A stretch of 64,000 nt of DNA. It comes from an uncultured Gemmatimonadaceae bacterium (GTDB taxonomy: Bacteria; Gemmatimonadota; Gemmatimonadetes; Gemmatimonadales; Gemmatimonadaceae). The stretch's first letter is position 1, and every line of letters starts with the position of its first letter. The notes under the pieces were generated by a model. It saw nothing but the letters and a program-made list of their open reading frames with translations, ran no database searches and was not told the DNA's origin. Location: positions 18,469-82,468 of the forward strand of contig CAWAGQ010000017.1 of the NCBI GenBank assembly GCA_963781585.1. The letters run 5' to 3'. The position numbers were made by a program, and so were the translations under genes. Shown here piece after piece: positions 48,703 through 58,597 of this stretch.

Positions 48703-49911
48703 ATGAACCATCTGTGCATCGTTGCCGCGGCGCTGGCCCTCGCGGCGCCGGCCGCCCGCGCCCAGCGATCCATCGACCTCACGGGCACACCCGACGCCGC
48801 GATCGGCGAGCCGTTCACCATGGTCACCGGCGTGCGCGAGCTGCCGGGCAACCTGGCGATCGTCACCGATCAGTTCGAGCACCGGGTGTTTCTCGCGAAC
48901 TTCGCCGCGCGCACCGTGCGGCAAATCGGCCGGCAGGGCGATGGTCCCGGCGAGTACCGCTTCCCGATGGCGCCCCTCCCCGCGCCGGGGAACGCAACGT
49001 GGATCTACGACGCAACGCTCCGACGCATCAACGTCATCGCACCCGACGGCGAGTTCACCTCCGCCCTCAATCCGCCAACCACCGGTATTCCCGGCGGCAT
49101 TCTGGCCGTCCGTGGCACCGATCGCTCAGGACAGCTCTTCTTCGAGGGGAACGGCTTCGATTCCGAGACAGGGCGTTTCATCGACTCGATCACGGTCGTT
49201 CGCTGGAAGCCGGGGGACACGAAGTTCGACGTGATGGGCAAAGTATGGAGCGGCGGTCGCGTCATCGTGAACGGACCCGCCGGAAGAATGAGCATCGCTC
49301 GTGAGGCGACGCCGTTTCCGGCCGTGGATGCCTGGACCGTGCTGCCGGACGGGCGGGTGGCGGTCATCGAGCACACGCCGTTCCGGATCGGATTGCTCGA
49401 ACCAGGCGGCGCGATCCGGCTCGGCCCGGCGATATCGTATGTCACGCTTCGCGTCACCAGGGCCGAGCGCGACGCATATCGAGCACGGCATGCGGCCGTT
49501 CGCACGTCGGCGGCGATGAAGAACGGAGGCGGCGGCGCGGCAATGCGAGCGCCGCCAGTGAGCGACGCCGAGTTTCCCGATCTGATGCCGCCGTTCATCG
49601 CCAGCGCTGTCCTGACGACGCCCGAAGGCGAGATCTGGATCGGCCGCAGTCACGCAGCGGCGGACCGGACGTGGCACTACGATATCTTCGACGCCGGCAG
49701 CCGGCTGATCGGCTCGGCCACCCTCGGCGCGAATTCTGCGGTGGTCGGATTCGGCGCCGGAACCGTCTACGTGGCCCGCACCGACCCCGCCGATGATCTG
49801 GTCTACCTGGAGCGCTACCGGCCCCAGTTGCGGCACCACCTGACGCCCGTGAGGGCGGACCGGACCGTGCCCGGGGGCGCCGCGGGGGTGGCTGACGTGG
49901 ATTGGCGGTGA
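48703..49911 (+). CDS. Secreted 6-bladed beta-propeller protein
   Basis: Signal peptide; IGRQGDGPGEY motif; C-terminal GFGAGTVY...D.DDL.YLERY. Confidence 0.75.
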   Translation: MNHLCIVAAALALAAPAARAQRSIDLTGTPDAAIGEPFTMVTGVRELPGNLAIVTDQFEHRVFLANFAARTVRQIGRQGDGPGEYRFPMAPLPAPGNATWIYDATLRRINVIAPDGEFTSALNPPTTGIPGGILAVRGTDRSGQLFFEGNGFDSETGRFIDSITVVRWKPGDTKFDVMGKVWSGGRVIVNGPAGRMSIAREATPFPAVDAWTVLPDGRVAVIEHTPFRIGLLEPGGAIRLGPAISYVTLRVTRAERDAYRARHAAVRTSAAMKNGGGGAAMRAPPVSDAEFPDLMPPFIASAVLTTPEGEIWIGRSHAAADRTWHYDIFDAGSRLIGSATLGANSAVVGFGAGTVYVARTDPADDLVYLERYRPQLRHHLTPVRADRTVPGGAAGVADVDWR

Positions 49912-49945
49912 GCCGGGCGAACGGTGCACATCGGCGCGCTCATGC

Positions 49946-51790
49946 CTAACGTCGACCGGGGGCGGGGGGAACCAGTCCCTGCAGCGTAGCGCGGAGGCGA
50001 TTCATTGCCGGTGCCTCCTCCGGCCGGCCGGCCAGGTCGACTGCTTCGAACGGGTCGTGCACGATGTCATACAGCTCCTCCTCGCCGTCGCCCCGCCTGA
50101 TCAGATGCAGGCCGTCCTGGACCAGCGACTGCATGTCCCCCCGGGCAACCGGGTGGTCCGCCGGGTGGTTCCTGGCGTATCGCAATTCGCTCAGGATCGG
50201 TGAGGAGACAGGAGTTGCCGTGGCCGAATCGGTCCAGCGAGCTGCCAGCGAGACCCCCGGCAGGCGCCGGCTCGTGGGCGTGCGCGCGAGATCGAGAATC
50301 GTGGCCGCCAGGTCGCGCAAGCTGACCGGTGTATCGACGGTCACGTTCGCCGGAACCTCGGCCGGATACCGGATGATCAACGGGACGAACAGCGACGGGA
50401 AGTAGAGCCCGTCCCCGTGACTGAGCAGCCCGTGCTCGAACTCCTCGCCGTGATCGGCGGTCACGATGACGATCGTGTTGTCCAGCACACCCCGCTGCCG
50501 CAGCTGGTCGAACAGCCGGCCGATCTCCGCGTCGAGCCAGGTGATCGTCGCCTCGTACGCGTCGCGCAAGTCGGACACGTCGGCGTCCGTGTACTGGTGG
50601 CCGATCGCCTCGGGATCCCGCATGCGAGGCTGGCGGCCGAGGTACAGTGTGTCGTAGGGAGCCGGCGGTGCGTAGGGCCCGTGGGCGTCGAACACGTTGA
50701 GGAAGGCGAAGAACGGGCGGCCCCGCGACGCGACGCGCGTCTGCCAGTCGAGAAACTCATCGATCACATCGCGCGCTTCGGGACGCCCGGCCAGGTATCC
50801 CGAGCCCGTCATCGGCGCGAGAATGTCCTCGGCGACTGTCCGCGTGAGATTGCTGGAACGGATGACCTCACCCGGCGACGTGAGATAGTCACGCCAGGTC
50901 TGGAACCCACGGGTGAGTCCGTGGGCGTTCGTGCAGAACGTGAGGTTCGCCGCGAACCCGCCGGTCAGGTACCCGAGACTGTCGAACACCTCGGACAGCA
51001 CCGGTTGCGCGTCGTCGAGTGGCTGCAGGTAGTTCGCCGTCAGGTCGTGTGGATAGTGGCCGGTGAAGATCGAGGCATGGCTCGGCAGCGTCCATGGCGC
51101 GGCGGACACCGCACGGGAGAACCGCACTCCATCGCGCGCCAGGGCCTCGAGCCGCGGGGTGGTGCGCCGGGCGTATCCGTTGACGCTGAGCGACATTCCC
51201 CGGACGGTGTCGAGCACCAGCAGGAGCACGTTAGGCGCGCCGGCCGCAGCGGCCGCCAGCGCATCCATCCTCGACGCCTCCGCCCGTCGGCGTGATACGT
51301 GAAGCAGTACGCTTCCGCAGACCGAGATCAGCAGCATGATCGTCGTGGTCACCCGGGTGAGCGACCACGCCAGGCGAGGACGGGCGCGGGCCATCCGCGT
51401 CACCACGCTCCCGGCGCCCGCGCACAGGACCACCAGGGCCGCCGGGTGAATGCGCCACCGGTTATGGAGGGCGCTGGGGAGCAGCGCGATGGCGACCACT
51501 GCACCGAGCGCGACCGGAAAGGCGATCGCCGGACGCCACCGGCGCAGTCCCACCGCCATCGCTCCGATGACCGGCAGCGAGACGAACAGGTTGGCCAGCG
51601 GTGCGAACCCGATCATCCGGGGGTTGTACAGCATTGGTCGCCGAACGAGATGCTGTCCGGCAATGAACCCGCCGAGTTCGAGAAGTCCCCCGGCCAGCGC
51701 CGCGGCAGCCGCCAGCGCGACGACCATCTTCCAGGTGAGCGGAAGCGGGAGGCCGCGTTCGGACTGCGGCAACGCCCGATTGGCGGTCAT
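49946..51790 (-). CDS. Membrane-anchored sulfatase-like / alkaline-phosphatase superfamily protein
   Basis: N-terminal TMs; PNVLLLVLDTVR, APWTLPSHASIFTG, FDAHGPY and TADHGE motifs. Confidence 0.87.
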   Translation of the reverse strand: MTANRALPQSERGLPLPLTWKMVVALAAAAALAGGLLELGGFIAGQHLVRRPMLYNPRMIGFAPLANLFVSLPVIGAMAVGLRRWRPAIAFPVALGAVVAIALLPSALHNRWRIHPAALVVLCAGAGSVVTRMARARPRLAWSLTRVTTTIMLLISVCGSVLLHVSRRRAEASRMDALAAAAAGAPNVLLLVLDTVRGMSLSVNGYARRTTPRLEALARDGVRFSRAVSAAPWTLPSHASIFTGHYPHDLTANYLQPLDDAQPVLSEVFDSLGYLTGGFAANLTFCTNAHGLTRGFQTWRDYLTSPGEVIRSSNLTRTVAEDILAPMTGSGYLAGRPEARDVIDEFLDWQTRVASRGRPFFAFLNVFDAHGPYAPPAPYDTLYLGRQPRMRDPEAIGHQYTDADVSDLRDAYEATITWLDAEIGRLFDQLRQRGVLDNTIVIVTADHGEEFEHGLLSHGDGLYFPSLFVPLIIRYPAEVPANVTVDTPVSLRDLAATILDLARTPTSRRLPGVSLAARWTDSATATPVSSPILSELRYARNHPADHPVARGDMQSLVQDGLHLIRRGDGEEELYDIVHDPFEAVDLAGRPEEAPAMNRLRATLQGLVPPAPGRR

Positions 51791-52617
51791 GCCGACGTGG
51801 TCCCGTAGACGTGGACGAAATCACGGCAGGCCGCGGCGACGACCGCCAGTGGATCGGCACTCTCGGGGTGACGCATCTCAACCGACACCCAACCATCGTA
51901 CCCGCTCGCGTTCAGTGCCGCGGCCAGGCCCGCGTGGTCGGTACCGCCCCGGCCGAACGGAACGAGAAAGGGCTCGCTGGCATGGACGTGCCCGAGCCAC
52001 TCCGCGCATGTCCGTACCGCGGCAGCCGGAGCTTCGCCGGTGAGCGCCAGCGCGCCGCCATCGATCTGGACGCCGAGGCCGCGGCGACCGACCGCCGACA
52101 CGAGCTGCACGGCGTCGTCGGTGGTCAGCACGAAGTCGCAGCCGTACTCCGCGGGATTGGGTTCCAGGCACAGGGTCACGCCGAATGATTCAGCGAGCGC
52201 CGCTGCGCGCGCGAAGAAATCTCTCGCCTCCTCCTGCGCTCGTGCCACGGACAGGGTTCCACGGACCCGGTTCTTCGGGGATCCGAATACCAGCGCCGAC
52301 GCGCCCAGGCGCGCACCCAGGGCACACATGCCCTCGAGATGCGCGAGCATGGCCGACTGCACCGGCGCGGGACCGAATACGATTAGCTCGGGATGTCCGT
52401 AGAGGAGCGCCTGCATCGCCACCACCTGCATCCCGTCGTCGCTCCACTGCCGGCGATATGCATCGACCTCCGACGACGGGACGGCGAGTGGTTCCTTCCA
52501 GACCGCCGTCGGGGCGATCTCGACCCCCGCGATACCCGCCGCGCGCAGAACCCGCGCTGCCTCACGGTCCCGGGCGGCCCCGCCCCACGCGATGTTGGAG
52601 AAAGCGAGCCGCTTCAT
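51787..52617 (-). CDS. Sugar phosphate isomerase/epimerase (xylose isomerase-like TIM barrel)
   Basis: AFSNIAW, LVFGSPKNR, LEPNP..YGCDF, HVHASEP and VSVEM motifs. Confidence 0.85.
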   Translation of the reverse strand: MKRLAFSNIAWGGAARDREAARVLRAAGIAGVEIAPTAVWKEPLAVPSSEVDAYRRQWSDDGMQVVAMQALLYGHPELIVFGPAPVQSAMLAHLEGMCALGARLGASALVFGSPKNRVRGTLSVARAQEEARDFFARAAALAESFGVTLCLEPNPAEYGCDFVLTTDDAVQLVSAVGRRGLGVQIDGGALALTGEAPAAAVRTCAEWLGHVHASEPFLVPFGRGGTDHAGLAAALNASGYDGWVSVEMRHPESADPLAVVAAACRDFVHVYGTTSA

Positions 52618-53420
52618 TCCGCGTTCCGCTTCATCGCTTCCTCTGCATCATGCCGGTCCCCCCCCCGCTGCACCGCTACGAATTTCCGCAGCGCATCGAG
52701 CACCTCGCTCCGCGAAAGGAGATAGTGCCCGCTTGCACCGAACCGCGACGCGTAGCGGGTGCGCAGGTCGTACTCCACCGCGTGCAGCTGCGGCCGGTCG
52801 GGAAGCTCGCGGCCGAATGCCTCACGAGCCACGTCGCCCACCGACGTCCCCTCGACGGTCAGGTGCACCAGCGGAAGCCCGGCGCCTGACGCGATCTCCA
52901 GGTCGCGCCACAGCCGATCGAGCGGATAGAACTGAAAGACGCTTCGCGGGCAGATCGCGTCGACCATGTTGTCGTGCAGCAGGTCGTACACGACGTTCTT
53001 GCGCAGGCCCTCGCCGAACAGCGCCGGCAACCGCACGATGGCGGCGTCGAATGCGCCGCGCACCCGCTCTTCCAGCTCGAACCGGTGGCGACCGTAGGGC
53101 GTCGCCCGTGAGACGTCGACCGGGGTGGATTCATCCACCGCGCGCGGGTCGCCGAACACGTCGACCGTCGAGATCACGATCACACGCCGCGCGCGCGCCT
53201 CGCGCAGCGCGTCCCACAGCCGTTCGAGGCGGGCGGCGTCCTGCTCCGGCTCGCGATTGGCGCGCCACTTCTCGGCCGGCATTGCGGCGCAGACGATCAG
53301 GTCGTACTGGCGCCCGCGGATGTCGTCGATGTCGGTGGACCGGAACCGATCGTCAAAATGCCGCTGCCGCTGAAGCGTGCCGCCCACGAAGCCCGACCAG
53401 CCGATCAGCGCGTCAGGCAT
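52614..53420 (-). CDS. NAD-dependent epimerase/dehydratase family protein
   Basis: ALIGWSGFVG, ISTVDVF, YGRHR and RLPALFG motifs. Confidence 0.85.
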   Translation of the reverse strand: MPDALIGWSGFVGGTLQRQRHFDDRFRSTDIDDIRGRQYDLIVCAAMPAEKWRANREPEQDAARLERLWDALREARARRVIVISTVDVFGDPRAVDESTPVDVSRATPYGRHRFELEERVRGAFDAAIVRLPALFGEGLRKNVVYDLLHDNMVDAICPRSVFQFYPLDRLWRDLEIASGAGLPLVHLTVEGTSVGDVAREAFGRELPDRPQLHAVEYDLRTRYASRFGASGHYLLSRSEVLDALRKFVAVQRGGDRHDAEEAMKRNAE

Positions 53421-54222
53421 CGGGTGACGAGACCGGAGCTGGCGGCGGCGGATCGAACCGGTGCAGGCTCGCGGCAACGAGCGTCCGCAGCACCAGCAGG
53501 TTTCCTTTGAGGGGGCTGATCCTGGTGGGCGTCTTGCCCGTCGCCGGATACGCCCGCGTCACGGGAAGCTCCTCGTGCCGGAATCCCAACCGCGCCGCGC
53601 GCACCGCGAGGTAGTAGTGCAGCTCGTAATACTGGAACACGGCACGGAACGGGGCGACGCGCTCGTCGAGCAGGAAGCGGCGGGAGTAGGCCCGGAAGCC
53701 GTTGGTCGTGTCGGTGAAGCGGGTTCCCGCGGCGAGCGAGAGCAGCGGCGCGTGGAGCATCCTGATCCCGATGAGCCGCGCCAGCGGCGTCCGCACCGCG
53801 CGTCCGCCCGGTACGAATCTCGATCCCTGCACGTGATCCACCCCGCGCTCGAGCGCGTCGACGAAACGCGGAATCGCGGATGGATCGTCCTTGTCGTTCC
53901 CGTCCATCGTGATGATGCCCTGGTAGCCGTGATCCAGCGCCCATGTGAAGGCCATGCGCATCTGCGCGCTCAGGCCTCCCCGGTCGCGCTTCACCAGCAG
54001 CGCGCGCACGCCGGCTGCGCGAAGAAGCTCCGGATCGGTGGAGCCGTCGGTGCTGCCGCCATCGGCCACCACGAAGTCCACGGACCCGGCGAACGGACGC
54101 ATCTTCGCCAGCTGGGCGTGCAGCCGTCCGTTCTCGTTGAGAACGAAAATGGCGCAGCAGATGGAGGACCGCCCTGGTGCGAGCTCCGTCGCGTCGAAGG
54201 CCGGAATCTCGCGTGCCGCCAT
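53413..54222 (-). CDS. GT2 glycosyltransferase (polyprenol-phosphate sugar synthase-like)
   Basis: ADGGSTDG, TMDGNDKD, GSRF and DTTNGFRAYS motifs. Confidence 0.9.
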   Translation of the reverse strand: MAAREIPAFDATELAPGRSSICCAIFVLNENGRLHAQLAKMRPFAGSVDFVVADGGSTDGSTDPELLRAAGVRALLVKRDRGGLSAQMRMAFTWALDHGYQGIITMDGNDKDDPSAIPRFVDALERGVDHVQGSRFVPGGRAVRTPLARLIGIRMLHAPLLSLAAGTRFTDTTNGFRAYSRRFLLDERVAPFRAVFQYYELHYYLAVRAARLGFRHEELPVTRAYPATGKTPTRISPLKGNLLVLRTLVAASLHRFDPPPPAPVSSPDA

Positions 54223-55211
54223 CAGGGGGCGATGGACTCGGAGACCACGTTGCGCTCCTGGTCCTCCCCGAGCGATGGCGTCCCCCCCAGCTCCTCGCGC
54301 ACGAAGTAGAGCGGGCGCCCGCGTGTCTCGTTCAGCAGACGACCCAGATAGGCGCACAGAATGCCGAGGACGAGCGCGATCACGCCGCTGAGAGCGGCGA
54401 ACACGAGTTGGGCGAACGAAACGGAACCGGGGGTCGCCAGCGCACGGAGAACGAGCACCCCGAGCCACGCGAAGCACACGAGCATCGCGATCCCGGCCAG
54501 CGCGGCAGCGAGAATGAGTGGCGCGAGGGAATTGGAGATGATGATGCCGAGCGCGAGTCGCACGGCGGCGATCACCCCCATTTGTCGCGGCGGCGTCCGT
54601 CGTGCGATGGGCGTGTAGACCACCACGTCGTCTTCATAACCGACATAGGCGCCGAGCGTCCGCAGATACCGCAGCTGGTCGCGGATCTGGAGGACCGCGT
54701 TCACCACTGGCCGGCTCATGGCGCGGAAGTGGGTGGAATGCGGCGGAATGTGCAGCCGCAGGACGTCGTTGCAGAGCCAGTAGAAGAGCCGCGCGCCGGT
54801 TCGCTGGACCCACGACTGGCCCTGACGCGTGGCGCGCACCCCGAATACCAGGCCGGCGCCGCTTCGTCCGCGTGCCACGAGGTCGGGAATACGCGCCGGA
54901 GGATCGGTCTCGGGGAGGGCGACCACCACCACGTCGCCGATCGTGGTCTCCAGCCCGGCGGAGATGGCGATCTCGGTCCCGAAGCCGCGCGAAAGGCGCA
55001 TCAGCCGCACTCCCTCGGAGCGCGGGAGCCAGGCGGCCACCTTGCGCACGGTGTCGTCGGCGGAGCCATCGTCCACCAGGACCAGCTCGAAGCGCGAGTA
55101 GCTGGCGCCCAGCACCTCGAGTGTCTCCGCGATGAAGCCGTCGACGATGTCGGCGTCGTTGCGCAACGGCGCCACCACCGAGACCAGCAGGTCGCGGTCG
55201 GGCGCGGTCAT
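54222..55211 (-). CDS. GtrB/ArnC-like GT2 with two C-terminal TMs (degenerate DxD)
   Basis: VDDGSAD, LSRGFG, FRAMSR and RPLYFV motifs; ALPETDPP where MDADLQDPP is expected. Confidence 0.82.
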   Translation of the reverse strand: MTAPDRDLLVSVVAPLRNDADIVDGFIAETLEVLGASYSRFELVLVDDGSADDTVRKVAAWLPRSEGVRLMRLSRGFGTEIAISAGLETTIGDVVVVALPETDPPARIPDLVARGRSGAGLVFGVRATRQGQSWVQRTGARLFYWLCNDVLRLHIPPHSTHFRAMSRPVVNAVLQIRDQLRYLRTLGAYVGYEDDVVVYTPIARRTPPRQMGVIAAVRLALGIIISNSLAPLILAAALAGIAMLVCFAWLGVLVLRALATPGSVSFAQLVFAALSGVIALVLGILCAYLGRLLNETRGRPLYFVREELGGTPSLGEDQERNVVSESIAP

Positions 55212-56341
55212 GGCGTCGCCGGCTCGTGATGCTGCAGCACGATGTCGAGCATGTCGTAGACGTTGTCGATCTTGGAGCCCATCACGCAGTGCAGGCCCGG
55301 AAGCTCGGCGACCTCGTGCACGAGAATGGGACGACTGTCGTCCCCCTCGCTCCGCGGCAGCACCGTCTTCACTTCCCAGAGCGACTCAACGTAGCTCGCG
55401 CGGGCCAGCAGTGGAACATAACGAGCGGCGTCCCGCCGCATCTCGTCGAACCGGGTTCGCCGCGTCGCGGACTCACGGATCTGCTCGGAGTCCAGGTAGG
55501 GACTCCGATCGCCGTCGCGCCACTCCCGGTGCGGCGTGTAGCGCACGTGGCTCAGCGAGTGGAGCCCGCGCGGCGGGAAGGGCATGCACGAGAAGAACGG
55601 TCCGCACATGACGGTGATGCCGATGGCCGCGAGTTCCTCCGGCGGTCGCACCAGCGCCAGCTCGGTCAGCTCGTGGGTCAGCGGGAGCGGCGCCGCGCCC
55701 GACCGGATCAGCAGGCGGTTGAGACGGGAGTACGTGCAGTTGTAGACGACGTCCGCGTTCAGCGCACCGCCATGCTCGCCTTCGAGCGAAAGCTGCAGGC
55801 CGCCACCGGCAACCGGCGAGACGCGCTCGGCCGTCGTGTTGCGGAGAACACTGACGCCCGCACTCGCCAGGCGCTCCTCCATGCGCGCGCGGAGCCGGCC
55901 GGCGTCGAACGCCGGCTCCTCCACCTCAAACACCGCCTCGATCGCCGTTTGATCGACCAGCGCACAGGCTTCGGGCGTCGCGGGCCGGATCGGGGCGCCG
56001 ATGGCGTCGGCGAACCGGCGGAACTGCGCCGCGCTCACGCTCGAGCGCCGGCGCGCGATGGCGTAGAGCTTCGTGAAGCCGGCGTCGATGCAGTCCGCAA
56101 AGTCGCGGATGAATCGTGGAGCATTGGCACGCGAACGACGCGCGGTGAGTACGCTGCGCGGGTAATGGTAGCCGCCGTGCACGCGCGCCTGGTTGTTGTA
56201 CGACGCGTGTGAGAGCAGTTCCGGCGAGGCTTCGACCAGCACCACCTCGCCGCGCACGCGGGCGCTGAGTTCCGCCGCCAGCATCGCACCGTAGAATCCA
56301 CCGCCGATCACCAGTACGTCCGCGTCCTTCGCCTTCGGCAT
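55208..56341 (-). CDS. FAD-dependent oxidoreductase (DAO-like)
   Basis: VIGGGFYG, NQARVHGGYHYPRS, MCGPFFS and GSKIDNVYD motifs. Confidence 0.88.
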   Translation of the reverse strand: MPKAKDADVLVIGGGFYGAMLAAELSARVRGEVVLVEASPELLSHASYNNQARVHGGYHYPRSVLTARRSRANAPRFIRDFADCIDAGFTKLYAIARRRSSVSAAQFRRFADAIGAPIRPATPEACALVDQTAIEAVFEVEEPAFDAGRLRARMEERLASAGVSVLRNTTAERVSPVAGGGLQLSLEGEHGGALNADVVYNCTYSRLNRLLIRSGAAPLPLTHELTELALVRPPEELAAIGITVMCGPFFSCMPFPPRGLHSLSHVRYTPHREWRDGDRSPYLDSEQIRESATRRTRFDEMRRDAARYVPLLARASYVESLWEVKTVLPRSEGDDSRPILVHEVAELPGLHCVMGSKIDNVYDMLDIVLQHHEPATP

Positions 56342-56410
56342 TGCGCTCGAGGTTGGGTCGTGGAGGAAAAGTACAGGCCCCGAACTCGCGGGAGGTAGGG
56401 AGCGGCGCCG

Positions 56411-58537
56411 ATGACGGCGCGGAGCCCACCGCAGATCCTTAGATTCCCGGGCGGAGCGAGACGCCTATCGCAGAGACTTTCGAGCCGGGCCGCGTGTCAC
56501 GGGATCCGGCAATGGAGCAGAGCAGCCGCCGTGGCTATTCCGGATTCGCGGACCGCGTTGCCTTCCGAAGACCGGTTCCGGGTCGCCGAATGGATGCTGG
56601 TGTCGGTGGCCCTCTTTTCGCTCGGTGTGACGCTCCCGGTCGTTCCCCGACATTTCTCCACCGATCCGTCGGTGCTGAGCGTGGCCACAGTCGAGGGATT
56701 CAGCACGCCGGTCGCGTATCGGCTCGCGCTGGCGTGGTGCCTGGCGCTGGCTGCCGCCGCCTGGCTGCTGGTTCGCCGCCGTCAGACGTCGGAGCGACCA
56801 CATGGGATGTCGGCCGGGTCGTCACCGGGCGTGACGACATCGGACCCTCGCCGGCGTCGCGGGCGAGCGGAGTGGGTCGAGATCGCGGTCGTCGCCCTGT
56901 TGACGCTGGTGGCGTTCTGGCCGCCGTTTCTCGCCATCTCGGCGCCGTACGTGGAAGACAACAACTTCCTGGTCGCGCTGCAGCGCATGCACGCGGGCAT
57001 GGTGCCGTACCGCGACTTCGAGTACTTGTACGGCCCGCTGATGCTCGTTCCCGCGTCCTGGTGGATGCATCTGACGAGCTTCGCGGGCCGCCACTATTAC
57101 GAGTGGCTGGCCGCGCTCGAGGTGGTGGTCGCGGTGACGGTCGTCCTGCTGGCGCAGCGCTACATCCGGGACCGGGGCGCGCGCCTGGTCGCCATCGCCA
57201 TCCTGCTGGCGTTGCTCGCCAATCCGCTGCTCGGACTCAACTACAACGGCATCCGCCGGCTGCTTCCCATCGTCGCCCTGCTGCTGCTGAGCCATGGCTT
57301 CGATGACGTGGGGCGTCGCGTGGGAGCGGCCGCGCTGATCGGTCTCTCCATCGCATGGTCGCATGAGCAGGGGCTGGCCGCGCTCGTGGCCGCGGGGGCC
57401 ATCTTCGCCCTTGCGTTGCGCGATCGTCCCGGGTCGGATCGTGGCCGGGTGATCACGCACGGCCTCGTCTTCCTCGTGGTCGCGATCGGCGTGTGGGTGG
57501 TGGGCGCCCTGGCCACCCTTGGGCCCGCGTTCGGGGCGTACCTGGGCGAGATGCGCACGCTGATGGGGCGCTTCTCGGCGGGCGAAGCCGGTTTTGGCTT
57601 TCGATGGACGCTCAACGCCGCGGCGGTGTTCGCCCTGGTTGCGCTGGGCGCGGCGTGTGTGGGACGCGGCCTCGCGACGCGCGCCGAACCCGCGGCCGGC
57701 GACCGGTTCGCGTTAGGCGCCCTGGTGGTGGCGATCGTCTCGCTCAAGAGCGGGCTCACGCGCGCCGACATGTTCCATCTCGACGCGGGGGTGCTCGGAC
57801 TCGCGATGGTGTTCCTGTTCCCGATGCGCGCCCCGCGATTGGGACCCCCGCCGCTCGTGCGCCGGGTGGGGCGGGCGACGGTAGCGGTAGCCGCCGCGAC
57901 CTATGCGTTCGGGATGCTACCCACCGTCAGCCTGGTGGCCACCGGATGGATGGCGGGCGCGCGCGCCACGCTGTCCGGTACTCCCAGGCTGCATCTCGCC
58001 TTCGTGCCGGCCGCGCCCGCCCTGATGCGCGAGCGGGTGGCGCAGGATTCCGCCACCATGGCCGTCGCCAGCTGGCTCGCCGACCCGAGCCGCCGCAACC
58101 GCCCGGTCCTGTTCGCCGGCCGGCTCTGGAGCGTGGGGCTCACGGTGGGTGTGTACAAGCGCGACTTCCTCAACGACAAGTTCATCTACGGCGACGAACG
58201 CGCGGCGCGGGAGCGGAAATTCCTGGAAGCCAACCGCGACGTGCTGGTGGTCATCGAGCGCAGCCTGTACGATCGCATCCGCGCCGCTCGCCCCGACACG
58301 GCGTTCGCGACCTGGGATAACGAACGGTCCAGCACACTGGTGAAACGACTGGGGCAGCGGCTGTCATCGGTGCATTTCGACGACGTGCTCGTCGAGGACC
58401 ACATATTCGACCTGAAATGGCAGCGTGCGCTGGGCGACGACCTGCGCGCGCAATTCGACTCGGTGTGGGGCGTCGATCCGGTGGTCGTGCTGCAGCGCCG
58501 CTCTGTCCCCACCGGTTCGGCTGCTACGGTTCCATGA
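56411..58537 (+). CDS. Large polytopic membrane protein, possible GT-C glycosyltransferase
   Basis: Many TMs; ED...L..G.VPYRDF..LYGP periplasmic-loop motif; start uncertain. Confidence 0.65.
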   Translation: MTARSPPQILRFPGGARRLSQRLSSRAACHGIRQWSRAAAVAIPDSRTALPSEDRFRVAEWMLVSVALFSLGVTLPVVPRHFSTDPSVLSVATVEGFSTPVAYRLALAWCLALAAAAWLLVRRRQTSERPHGMSAGSSPGVTTSDPRRRRGRAEWVEIAVVALLTLVAFWPPFLAISAPYVEDNNFLVALQRMHAGMVPYRDFEYLYGPLMLVPASWWMHLTSFAGRHYYEWLAALEVVVAVTVVLLAQRYIRDRGARLVAIAILLALLANPLLGLNYNGIRRLLPIVALLLLSHGFDDVGRRVGAAALIGLSIAWSHEQGLAALVAAGAIFALALRDRPGSDRGRVITHGLVFLVVAIGVWVVGALATLGPAFGAYLGEMRTLMGRFSAGEAGFGFRWTLNAAAVFALVALGAACVGRGLATRAEPAAGDRFALGALVVAIVSLKSGLTRADMFHLDAGVLGLAMVFLFPMRAPRLGPPPLVRRVGRATVAVAAATYAFGMLPTVSLVATGWMAGARATLSGTPRLHLAFVPAAPALMRERVAQDSATMAVASWLADPSRRNRPVLFAGRLWSVGLTVGVYKRDFLNDKFIYGDERAARERKFLEANRDVLVVIERSLYDRIRAARPDTAFATWDNERSSTLVKRLGQRLSSVHFDDVLVEDHIFDLKWQRALGDDLRAQFDSVWGVDPVVVLQRRSVPTGSAATVP

Positions 58538-58597
58538 ACGCCCGGCGCCCAGGAATGGCCCGAGCGCACACCGCGACAATGCGCGGAGGTGGAACCG

